Shown here one piece after another: positions 1 to 8,141 of a stretch of DNA of 32,000 nucleotides. The stretch's first letter is position 1; every line of letters begins with the position of its first letter. The stretch spans positions 1,680,001-1,712,000 of the forward strand of contig FP565575.1 of NCBI GenBank assembly GCA_000091165.1, read 5' to 3'. The translations under genes and the position numbers were made by a program. Origin of the DNA: Candidatus Methylomirabilis oxygeniifera. GTDB taxonomy: Bacteria > Methylomirabilota > Methylomirabilia > Methylomirabilales > Methylomirabilaceae. Under the pieces are notes generated by a model. It saw only the letters and a list, made by a program, of their open reading frames with translations. It had not been told where the DNA came from and did not search any database.

Positions 1-1
1 C

Positions 2-877
2 ACTGACGACACTATTGATGCCGAAGACCAGGAGTCTCTCGAATTTGACGCCTCATCCGTCGAGCCGCTCTATCAACTCGATCTGACGGCGTTGATACCG
101 GGCACCATCATCATCGGACAAGGAATTGCACGCATTCGACATGCAAGCGTCGGCGATTCCCTCTTCTTTCTCGCGTTCGACGGCACCGTGTTGGATTTAC
201 GGATCGGCGGTTTTTTGTCCTCCAGATCGGAACTGGTGTCGTCCGATCTCATCTTGACGACCGAGGCGGACTTTCGACGGCTGTTTGGAATCCCTCACGA
301 CGCCGTAACGGACGTTACCGTATCGGTTCGAAACCCGAGAGAGATTCCAACTATTGCCGGGAAGATCGCGCGACTTCTGCCCGATGCCCGGCCCATTACT
401 CGGGACGAAATCCTGAGAACCTACGATTCAATCTTTAATTGGCGCGGGGGAATGATGCTCGTCATCCTGGCCTCCGCCGTACTCGCGTTTGTCATCTTTG
501 CATGGGACAAGGCCTCCGGCTTGAGCGCCGGGGAGAAACAGGAAATCGGCATTCTCAAGGCCATCGGCTGGGAAACCTCGGACATTATCGAGATGAAGTT
601 CTGGGAAGGAGCGGTGGTGTCGCTGACCGCCTTCTTCACCGGGGTCATCCTGGCCTATCTCCACGTCTTCTTTTTCTCGTCGGTGGTGTTTGAGCCGGCC
701 CTCAAAGGATGGTCGACCCTCTACCCGCAATTTCATCTGACTCCATTTATCGACGTCGGACAACTGACCACGCTCTTCTTCCTGACGGTAGTCCCCTATA
801 CCGCCGCCACCATCGTGCCGGTCTGGCGCGCCGCAACAATCGATCCCGATACGGCGATGCGCCGCACAGGGGAGTAA
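2..877 (+). CDS. ABC transporter permease, FtsX/MacB-type (5' end lies outside the window)
   Basis: The frame is open from nt 2 with no stop (TDDTIDAEDQ...), so the listed start at 92 is internal. A soluble (periplasmic-type) domain is followed by the FtsX signature GILKAIGW, hydrophobic helices and an RAATIDPDTAMR tail. Its ATPase gene starts 3 nt downstream. Confidence 0.85.
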   Translation, partial: TDDTIDAEDQESLEFDASSVEPLYQLDLTALIPGTIIIGQGIARIRHASVGDSLFFLAFDGTVLDLRIGGFLSSRSELVSSDLILTTEADFRRLFGIPHDAVTDVTVSVRNPREIPTIAGKIARLLPDARPITRDEILRTYDSIFNWRGGMMLVILASAVLAFVIFAWDKASGLSAGEKQEIGILKAIGWETSDIIEMKFWEGAVVSLTAFFTGVILAYLHVFFFSSVVFEPALKGWSTLYPQFHLTPFIDVGQLTTLFFLTVVPYTAATIVPVWRAATIDPDTAMRRTGE

Positions 878-880
878 CCG

Positions 881-1561
881 GTGATCGAACTGATCAACGT
901 CACAAAAACCTTTAATGCCGGAACGCCGAGCGAATGTTCCGCTTTGAACGGGATTACCTTGACGATCAGCGACAAGATGGCGACGGTACTGGTCGGTCCA
1001 AGCGGGTCCGGCAAAACGACGCTGCTCACCATCATCGGCTGTATGGCAAGACCATCGGCCGGCCGCGTCACGCTCAACGGACGGGAAATTACCTCGCTCC
1101 CGGAACGGTTTCTGACCGAGATTCGACGCAAGACCTTCGGGTTCATTTTTCAGCAGCCGAACCTGATCAAAGGCATCACCGCGCTGGAGAATGTCATGTT
1201 GCCGGCGTACCCGGCCGGAACGGAACACGCGGCGCTCCGGGAACAGGCAATACGACTGCTCCAAGGGCTTCAGCTTTCCGAGAAGGCGGCATCGAAGGTC
1301 GAGTGGCTCTCCGGTGGGGAGGCGCAACGGGTCTCCATCGCCAGGGCGTTGATCAACAATCCGTCCGCCATTATTGCCGACGAGCCGACCGCGCACCTTG
1401 ACACAAGCTTGTCCCGCCGGTTTTTAGAGATTGTGGAGCGGTTCAAGGCGGAGGGGAAAACGATCTTGATGACCAGCCATGATCCGCTGATCTATCAGTC
1501 TCGCGTCGTCGATCGCGTGGTGCGGCTTCGAGATGGAAAGGTCGAAGAGGCAGGAGGATGA
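881..1561 (+). CDS. ABC transporter ATP-binding protein (MacB/LolD-like)
   Basis: Walker A GPSGSGKTT, ABC signature LSGGEAQRVSIARAL, Walker B IIADEPT and H-loop TSHD. The GTG start lies 3 nt after the permease stop. Confidence 0.95.
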   Translation: MIELINVTKTFNAGTPSECSALNGITLTISDKMATVLVGPSGSGKTTLLTIIGCMARPSAGRVTLNGREITSLPERFLTEIRRKTFGFIFQQPNLIKGITALENVMLPAYPAGTEHAALREQAIRLLQGLQLSEKAASKVEWLSGGEAQRVSIARALINNPSAIIADEPTAHLDTSLSRRFLEIVERFKAEGKTILMTSHDPLIYQSRVVDRVVRLRDGKVEEAGG

Positions 1562-2553
1562 TTCTCCACCCGGCAGTCATCGCCAATGTCGTGTCCTCTT
1601 TGATTATCAGCGTCACGATCGTGTATGCGGCGGTGTACGGCGTACAGATTCTGTTGAAGTGGGATCTTCAAAGCGGCGATGAACTTCAGTTGCGTCTCGA
1701 ACGACGGACGTATCTGATTTCAACCCTGCTGAGCTTTATTTTAGTCCTGGAGCTGACGTCGCTGTTTCTCTTCGTCTTTACCGCGGATACCCTCTGCCCG
1801 CTCTTCGTCGGCGCCATGTGCGCGGCTGGAACGCTGAACGTGAATGCGTTCGGCTACCCCACCCTGTTGATGAAAATGGTCAATTTTCTTCTCGCCGGGC
1901 TCTGGCTTGTCCTCAATTATGCCGACAACCAGGCGTACGATTATCCGCTGATCAAAAAAAAATATCTGCTGCTGGCCGTCATCGCGCCGCTGAGCGTCCT
2001 AGAAACCTTCCTGGAAGGAACCTACTTTCTGAACCTGCGCGCCGATGTGATCACCTCGTGCTGCGGCAGCCTCTTCAGCAGCGAGCAGGTCAGTGGGATC
2101 GGCTCAGAACTCGCGGCGTTGCCGAGCCGGCCGATGATGTGGACGTTTTTCCTGGGGATGGGAGGCATGCTGCTGCTCGGGCTCTATTTCTACACTAAAG
2201 GCAAGGGGGGGTATCTGTACGCGCTTGCCACATGGGTCATGTTCGGCGTCTCGCTCGTCTCCATCATTTCATTTATCTCCCTCTATATCTATGAGCTGCC
2301 GACCCATCATTGTCCCTTCTGTATCGTCATGAAGGAGTACGGGTATATCGGCTATGCCCTGTATCTCCCGCTCTTCCTGGGGGCGGTCACCGGTGGCGGC
2401 ATCGGGACATTGATCCCGTTTCGACGCATAGAGAGTCTTCGCGCGGTTCTTCCGGCGCTGATTCGCAAATTGACCATCATCTCGCTGGCCGCCTACGCGA
2501 CCTTTACGGCAATTGTGATCTATGAAATCGTGGCATCGAATTTGATTCTTTAG
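1558..2553 (+). CDS. Cys-rich polytopic (about 8 TM) integral membrane protein, family not recognised
   Basis: The ATG overlaps the upstream stop (ATGA). Long hydrophobic helices alternate regularly. There are three Cys clusters: CPLFVGAMC, CCGS and HHCPFC. Confidence 0.8.
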   Translation: MILHPAVIANVVSSLIISVTIVYAAVYGVQILLKWDLQSGDELQLRLERRTYLISTLLSFILVLELTSLFLFVFTADTLCPLFVGAMCAAGTLNVNAFGYPTLLMKMVNFLLAGLWLVLNYADNQAYDYPLIKKKYLLLAVIAPLSVLETFLEGTYFLNLRADVITSCCGSLFSSEQVSGIGSELAALPSRPMMWTFFLGMGGMLLLGLYFYTKGKGGYLYALATWVMFGVSLVSIISFISLYIYELPTHHCPFCIVMKEYGYIGYALYLPLFLGAVTGGGIGTLIPFRRIESLRAVLPALIRKLTIISLAAYATFTAIVIYEIVASNLIL

Positions 2554-2572
2554 GGGAGGGATTTTGAGGGTC

Positions 2573-3106
2573 ATGAGAAAAAGACCGTTCATCGCCTATA
2601 CGGCGCTCGTCCTGATGGCGATCGCGCTGATGACGCTGGCGGCCGTCGACAACGCCGCATCGGCAGACCGTCGACAACGAGGTCTGACCAGGAGAGACAA
2701 GTGCCCGGTGTGCGGCATGTTCGTCTATAAGTACCCGAAATGGGTCGCCAAGATCGAGTTCCAGGACGGCCACGCTCATTTTTACGACGGCGCCAAGGAT
2801 ATGTTTAAACATTATATGAATCTGTCGAAATATACGCCCGGGAGATCGGACCACGAGATCGCGGCCGTCTTTGTCACCGACTATTATGCGGTCGAACTGA
2901 TCGAGGCCAAAACCGCCTTTTACGTCATCGGCAGCGATATCCTGGGCCCGATGGGACACGAACTGATCCCGTTCAAGGATGAAGCCTCGGCGAAGGAGTT
3001 CCTGGAGGACCACAAGGGAACGCGCATTCTGCGATTTGAAGAGGTGACAAAAGAGGTCATCGACGCACTGGACGCGGCCCAACAAGAGAGAGGGGGAAAG
3101 CGATGA
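2573..3106 (+). CDS. nosL: NosL-family protein (putative periplasmic Cu(I) chaperone)
   Basis: N-terminal signal/anchor helix (no lipobox Cys), then CPVCGM (nt 2702-2719), which is the CxxCGM hallmark of NosL. The C-terminal pattern ...IPFKDEASAKEF...HKG is typical of the family. GGGAGGG lies upstream of ATG 2573; the tracked ORF starts at an alternative TTG at 2564. Confidence 0.85.
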   Translation: MRKRPFIAYTALVLMAIALMTLAAVDNAASADRRQRGLTRRDKCPVCGMFVYKYPKWVAKIEFQDGHAHFYDGAKDMFKHYMNLSKYTPGRSDHEIAAVFVTDYYAVELIEAKTAFYVIGSDILGPMGHELIPFKDEASAKEFLEDHKGTRILRFEEVTKEVIDALDAAQQERGGKR

Positions 3107-4479
3107 AGCAGATCTGGGTGTGTATCTTAGTCTGGGCGTGTCTCGGGTCGACTGTCGCGTTTGCGGACGACGCGGGTACAACGACTGCCGGCGAAAGGGA
3201 AGAGTGTCGGATCTGCGGCATGTGGATCGATCAATACCAACGGACCGCAGCGGAGCTGATCTACAAAGACGGTAGAAAAGAACATACCTGCGGAGTCGCC
3301 TGCATGTTCCGCATTCTGGACGAAGAAGGGGTAGACGCCTTTACCTCCATCACCGTTCGCGATTGGAAGACGGGCAATCGGGTGGATGCGCAGGATGCGA
3401 CGTATGTAATCGGAAGCCGCGTCATCCCGGAGATGATTCCGAACATTATTGCGTTCGAAAGCAAGGCCGCCGCTGAGACATTTCAAGCCCAGGAAGGCGG
3501 CGCATTGATCGACCTTGGGAGGGGTCTGCAAATCATCACACCACGCGGTCAGACGGTCCCGTTCCGGCTTCAGACCGCCGTCACAACGGGACGAGGATCG
3601 TTCGGGCTGGGAGCCGGGTTCGGGTACTTGCGAAGGGATGATATCAAGCTCGGATCGGACAGCCGCGATCCGCGCAAGTTTATCAGCAGCCGCGCTCAAC
3701 AACCACGCGCCCCCAGAAGGGTCGAATCGTACGGTCAATCGCTCTTCATTAATTATGGTATCACCGATCGCCTGGCAGTACTGGCGAATCTGCCGTACTT
3801 CGAAAGGGAAACCAGCCGGTTCGAAAAAAATCTGAAGACGGCTGAGATTACGACCATAGACGCCGATGCCGCCGGATTGGGCGATCTCGATCTTCGTTTT
3901 CGCTATAACCTGTGGCGGAATACCATTCAGGATACGTGGGTCACGGCAACATTGACGACAACCATCCCTACCGGGAGATTTAATAAGGCATTTATCGATA
4001 GCCCTGCTTTGCAGTCCGGGGCCGGCGCCCCATCGGTTGGTGGAGGGCTGCTCTTTTCTTACAGTTGGCGAGACCTGTGGTTTCACTCCTCTGCAACATA
4101 TACCGGCAGGCTACGAAACGGTGACGAATACAGGTTCGGCAACGAAGCGGCGGCCGGGGTGGCGGTCCATTATACGCCACGGTATGATGTCATGCTCGGG
4201 ATCGAGGCGGACGCGGTCCATGCTGAAAAAAATGAGTTTAAAGGGGTAACCGTCGGCAACACCGGGGGGACCAGAGTCAATCTTACGTTCGTTGCCGACT
4301 GGAGATTTCTCCTCGCGCTGGGCGGCAATTTTACGTTGCGGGCCGCCATGGGGTTGCCGATCCATGAAGATTTGAACCATCGCACGATCGGACCGAGAGA
4401 GCAGGTCCAGCTCGGTGGCGGCTATTTCGGCAACGTGGCCCTGACCTACGCCACTCGCTTTCCGTTTATTGAGGAGTGA
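3103..4479 (+). CDS. Fusion protein: N-terminal NosL-like domain plus C-terminal outer-membrane beta-barrel (Phenol_MetA_deg/transporter-like)
   Basis: The ATG overlaps the nosL stop (ATGA). Sec signal peptide ...TVAFA|DD. CRICGM lies at nt 3205-3222, followed by ...IAFESKAAAETF..., which is NosL-like. From about residue 150 there is an alternating beta-strand pattern with GLGDLDLRFRY and IPTGRF...LQSGAGAPSVGGGL motifs, typical of small OM barrels of the MetA-pathway family. Confidence 0.8.
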   Translation: MKQIWVCILVWACLGSTVAFADDAGTTTAGEREECRICGMWIDQYQRTAAELIYKDGRKEHTCGVACMFRILDEEGVDAFTSITVRDWKTGNRVDAQDATYVIGSRVIPEMIPNIIAFESKAAAETFQAQEGGALIDLGRGLQIITPRGQTVPFRLQTAVTTGRGSFGLGAGFGYLRRDDIKLGSDSRDPRKFISSRAQQPRAPRRVESYGQSLFINYGITDRLAVLANLPYFERETSRFEKNLKTAEITTIDADAAGLGDLDLRFRYNLWRNTIQDTWVTATLTTTIPTGRFNKAFIDSPALQSGAGAPSVGGGLLFSYSWRDLWFHSSATYTGRLRNGDEYRFGNEAAAGVAVHYTPRYDVMLGIEADAVHAEKNEFKGVTVGNTGGTRVNLTFVADWRFLLALGGNFTLRAAMGLPIHEDLNHRTIGPREQVQLGGGYFGNVALTYATRFPFIEE

Positions 4480-4607
4480 GGCTTATGTCGGCTCCTCCAT
4501 GTGTGTTTCCTACCTCGGACACATATTCAGTTTTTGTAGCATCCGTGAGCACGCATTAGTAGACACCTCTGCCGGAAAGGAGTAGAAAGTGACAGGTCGT
4601 TTCACCT

Positions 4608-4976
4608 GTGTTTCGTAATATCAAAGTGAACGGAGTCTTATCCGTGTCGCTCTCGAATAGGCTAATTCACAAATCTCGGTCGCTCACGCCCATTGCCGTA
4701 TCAGCACTTGGTCTCTATCTGCTGGTCAACGCGTTCCTCATTCTGTGTCTGGTTCATCCTCACAATACTCACCTCCAAGCTCAGGCCGATAGTCATCCCG
4801 TCTCAGTCTGTGCCTGGGTCCACAAAACAGTCGCCTCCCATGTCCCATCATCAGGAATTATCCTGCCCTTGGTGGCGGCCGGGCTACTCGCCTTCCTGCC
4901 ATTGCCGCAACGCAGTCCTGAGATCTTCCCGATCAAGCAGACCGGCCGCTCTCCACCCCTGCTCGCCTTCGTATAA
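4608..4976 (+). CDS. Small His-rich two-helix membrane protein (hypothetical; paralogue of 25559..25945)
   Basis: Architecture is TM helix, His-rich linker (HPHNTH...ADSHP), CAWVH, second hydrophobic helix, then a C-terminal GRSPP motif. The ORF at 25559 has the same architecture. The GTG start is uncertain and I saw no clear RBS. Confidence 0.45.
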   Translation: MFRNIKVNGVLSVSLSNRLIHKSRSLTPIAVSALGLYLLVNAFLILCLVHPHNTHLQAQADSHPVSVCAWVHKTVASHVPSSGIILPLVAAGLLAFLPLPQRSPEIFPIKQTGRSPPLLAFV

Positions 4977-5765
4977 GTCTGTTCACTCAAGCCTCTACCG
5001 GTACGCACCGCAATTCTCTTATTTGAACCACAGCGCCTCGGCCTTTTCGAAGGCGTAGGCAGGTTTTAAGAACGAAGAATGTTGTCGTGGGCGCCTCGGG
5101 CTTAAGCCCAGGCCCGCCTCAGCCCCATTATATGTTTGCCCGCTATCCTCCTGCATAGAGAGGTCGACTACGCGGGAAGGACGAGGGAACTTGAGGTGTC
5201 ATCGTGAACAATACGCACGGCGGAAGATCGCATCGAACCACGAGCCGACGCATTTCCCACGAAAAGAAGGTCCACCCGTCGCCTGACTACTTTGGTGACG
5301 CCCTCCGCATCCTTGACAATGACCTCACGCTCCAGCCACAGCGCGAGCACCTGGTAGCGTTGTGGGGATTGGTGGTTGGCCTGTCGCGCAGGCTTACGCA
5401 GGCCTATGTTGAATGCCAGGATCATCGGGATTCGACTGCAAGCACACATCATTCGAGCACAGTCGATCAAGACATCCACTCCTCCGGACAAAGAGCGATA
5501 AGAACGGGCATGGGAACGATCTGACAGCGCTGCTTCCGCGCTCGCCCGCCTCTTCCTGCCGGGGTCGGGCCGATTCTCAACGGCAGGAATTCCTCCCTCG
5601 AATGCGATGAGCCTCACCGGGACCGCCGTTCCTCTTCCGGCGGTCCCGAGGCTCACCGCAGCAAGCGGAGGATAGCGTGCGGCATCAAGCACTCTGCATG
5701 GTGAAACGCAATACATACGACACACGTAACTACGCAATCGACCTTTTCGAGGGAAGGAGACACGC

Positions 5766-8084
5766 ATGAAACAACGCGAACGTCAACGCACGCGCAGACG
5801 TACAGCGGCCCTTGTGGGGGTGGCCACACTACTCACATGGGGTGCCGTGGCACACGCAGAGGAAGAAAAGAAAACAGATGAGGTGACAACACTCAAGGAG
5901 GTAGTTGTCAGATCTACTGCTCTCAATGACGTCTTTGTGCCGTTGAATGCATCCGTCATCGATCAGACAACACTGCAGTCCATACCGCCGGCCACCAACG
6001 ACACGGCAACCCTTCTGAGAGATGTCCCCGGTGTCAGTCTGTACGGCGCCGGCGGCATTTCCAGCCTGCCGGTGATTCACGGCTTGGCCGACGACCGTCT
6101 GCGCATCAAGGTCGACGGCATGGATCTGATCTCCGCCTGCCCCAATCATATGACCCCGCCGCTTTCCTATATCGATCCGGCCGGCGTGGGGACCCTGAGG
6201 GTGTTCGCCGGTATTGCGCCGGTCAGCGTCGGCGGCGACAGCATCGGCGGCACGATTCTGCTGGAGTCCCCGGCGCCGGTATTCGCCGCACCCGGACAGA
6301 CCCCTCTGCTCACGGGCCATCTCAGCTCGTTTTATCGCAGCAATAACAAGGCGCGCGGCGGCGACTATTCGGCCACGTTCGCGACTGATAACTTCAGCGC
6401 CACTTATAACGGCTCGGTCATTCATGCCGACAACTACACGGCAGGCGGGAACTTCAAACCCGCCGGGCCGGCCGCTGTCGATAAGCCGGGGAACATTCTC
6501 GACGGCGATGAGGTTGGCGCCAGCGCCTTTAAGGCCGAAAACCACAACCTGGCCTTTGCGCTGAAACAAGGCAACCACCTATTCGAAGCGAAGTTTGGTT
6601 ACCAATATATCCCTGAACAGGGCTTTCCCAACCAACGCATGGATATGACCACCAATTCCGAGTGGCGTCAGAACCTGCACTACCTCGGCCAGTTCGGATG
6701 GGGCTCGCTGGATATCCGCGGCTATCATGAAATTGTCAACCACAAAATGGATTTCAGTGACGACAAACAATTTCTCTACGGAGCACCGCCGTTCGTCGCA
6801 CCGGGAATGCCGATGAAGACCGACAGCAGGAACATCGGCGGCTCGGTCAAGACCAACATCGACCTGACCAAGGAGCACACCCTCCGCGTCGGGGGTGAAT
6901 ATCAATATTACCGGCTGCACGACTGGTGGCCGCCGTCCCCCAAAGTCCTGCCGCCCGGCTACACATACGGCGGAATGGCGCCGGACACCTTCCTGAACAT
7001 CAATGACGGCACGCGTACGCGAGGGGCGGTATTTGCCGAATGGGAGGCGCGCCTGCATCCGCAGTGGCTGACGCTGTTGGGCGCACGATATGAACACGTC
7101 AAGATGACTGCCGACGACGTGCACGGCTACAACAGCGTCATGCCAAGTTACCAGTTTGCGGCAGAGGTCTTCAATGCCCGCGATCACGATCGCACCGACC
7201 ACAACTGGGACCTCACTGCGCTGACCCGCTATACGCCGACACCGATGCTGAGCCTCGAATTTGGCTACGCGCATAAGACCCGATCGCCGAACCTGTATGA
7301 ACGCTACCCCTGGTCCACGAACTCCATGGCGATGATCATGAATAACTTCGTTGGCGACGGCAACGGCTATGTCGGTAATCTGGATCTGGACCCGGAAAAG
7401 GCTCACACTATCAGCGGCACTGTCGACTGGCATGCCACGAATCGTACCTGGGAGTTTAAGGTCACGCCATACTACACCCACGTCACCGACTACATCGATG
7501 CGAAGCGTTGCCTGGGAAGCGGGAGCGGCATGAATTCGATGTGTGGCGGCCCGGCGAATAATACCGCAGTCAACAAGTTCGTCCTGCTTCAGTACGTCAA
7601 CCAGACGGCCCGGCTCTGGGGTGTCGACGTCTCCACCCATATGCCGTTGGCAAAGATCAACGGCATCGGCGAATTCAACCTTGCGGGACTGTTCAACTAC
7701 ACGAACGGCAAGAACCGCACGACCGGCGACGATCTCTACAACATCATGCCGCTCAACGGGAAGTTGTCGCTACGACATCAACTCGGCGGCTTCGACAGCG
7801 GTCTTGAGGTGGTCATGGCGAAGGGCAAGAACAACGTCTCTGATGTACGGAACGAAATCAAGACATCGGGTTATGTCCTCGCCAATCTGCGCGCTGGCTA
7901 TAGCTGGAAGATGATGCGACTCGATTTCGGGATCGATAATGTGTTCGACAAATACTACTCTTTACCGCTCGGCGGCGCCTATACCGGTCAAGGCGCAACC
8001 ATGGGCCTCAACTCAATCCCGTGGGGGACGGCCGTCCCCGGTATGGGACGTTCGTACAACACCAGACTGACCTATAGGTTCTGA
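5766..8084 (+). CDS. TonB-dependent outer-membrane receptor, OprC/NosA-like (copper)
   Basis: AGGAGA RBS, signal peptide, a plug domain with TonB-box-like EVVVRS, and a terminal beta-barrel ending ...TRLTYRF. CPNHM (CxxxM, nt 6138-6152) and HKM (HxM, nt 6741-6749) match the copper-site signature described for OprC. Confidence 0.93.
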   Translation: MKQRERQRTRRRTAALVGVATLLTWGAVAHAEEEKKTDEVTTLKEVVVRSTALNDVFVPLNASVIDQTTLQSIPPATNDTATLLRDVPGVSLYGAGGISSLPVIHGLADDRLRIKVDGMDLISACPNHMTPPLSYIDPAGVGTLRVFAGIAPVSVGGDSIGGTILLESPAPVFAAPGQTPLLTGHLSSFYRSNNKARGGDYSATFATDNFSATYNGSVIHADNYTAGGNFKPAGPAAVDKPGNILDGDEVGASAFKAENHNLAFALKQGNHLFEAKFGYQYIPEQGFPNQRMDMTTNSEWRQNLHYLGQFGWGSLDIRGYHEIVNHKMDFSDDKQFLYGAPPFVAPGMPMKTDSRNIGGSVKTNIDLTKEHTLRVGGEYQYYRLHDWWPPSPKVLPPGYTYGGMAPDTFLNINDGTRTRGAVFAEWEARLHPQWLTLLGARYEHVKMTADDVHGYNSVMPSYQFAAEVFNARDHDRTDHNWDLTALTRYTPTPMLSLEFGYAHKTRSPNLYERYPWSTNSMAMIMNNFVGDGNGYVGNLDLDPEKAHTISGTVDWHATNRTWEFKVTPYYTHVTDYIDAKRCLGSGSGMNSMCGGPANNTAVNKFVLLQYVNQTARLWGVDVSTHMPLAKINGIGEFNLAGLFNYTNGKNRTTGDDLYNIMPLNGKLSLRHQLGGFDSGLEVVMAKGKNNVSDVRNEIKTSGYVLANLRAGYSWKMMRLDFGIDNVFDKYYSLPLGGAYTGQGATMGLNSIPWGTAVPGMGRSYNTRLTYRF

Positions 8085-8141
8085 TTGGGCGCATCCGCCA
8101 AAACAGAGGTTCGGACACCTACACCACACAAGGAGAGAAAC

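Noticed and set aside
325-336. GGTTCGAAACCC, which resembles a tRNA T-arm
   Set aside because: It lies inside the FtsX permease reading frame, and no acceptor or anticodon stems can be built around it.
428-1396. A 322-aa ORF on the minus strand overlapping the permease and ATPase genes
   Set aside because: It is antisense to two genes with unmistakable ABC motifs. Its Arg/Gly/Pro-rich composition is typical of spurious open frames in GC-rich DNA.
3127-4086. A 319-aa minus-strand ORF
   Set aside because: It is antisense to the NosL-barrel gene, has a low-complexity Arg/Pro/Gly-rich product, and shows no RBS or motifs.
5560-5765. A possible cobalamin or other riboswitch in the leader of the TonB-dependent receptor
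   Set aside because: I looked for the B12-box/GCCACTG core and the AGGGAA...GGTGAAA pattern. Only loose fragments such as GGTGAAACGC are present. The receptor's CxxxM/HxM signature points to copper rather than B12.
5168-5767. A 199-aa minus-strand ORF, with overlapping + ORFs at 5204..5524 and 5413..5610
   Set aside because: The products are very Arg/Ser-rich and the ORFs overlap one another. The start codon is just the reverse reading of the receptor's ATG context, and I recognise no domain. I kept it only as a possible decayed-gene or leader region in the findings.
6579-7640. A 353-aa minus-strand ORF
   Set aside because: It is antisense to the TonB-dependent receptor and is a GC-driven open frame with no motifs.
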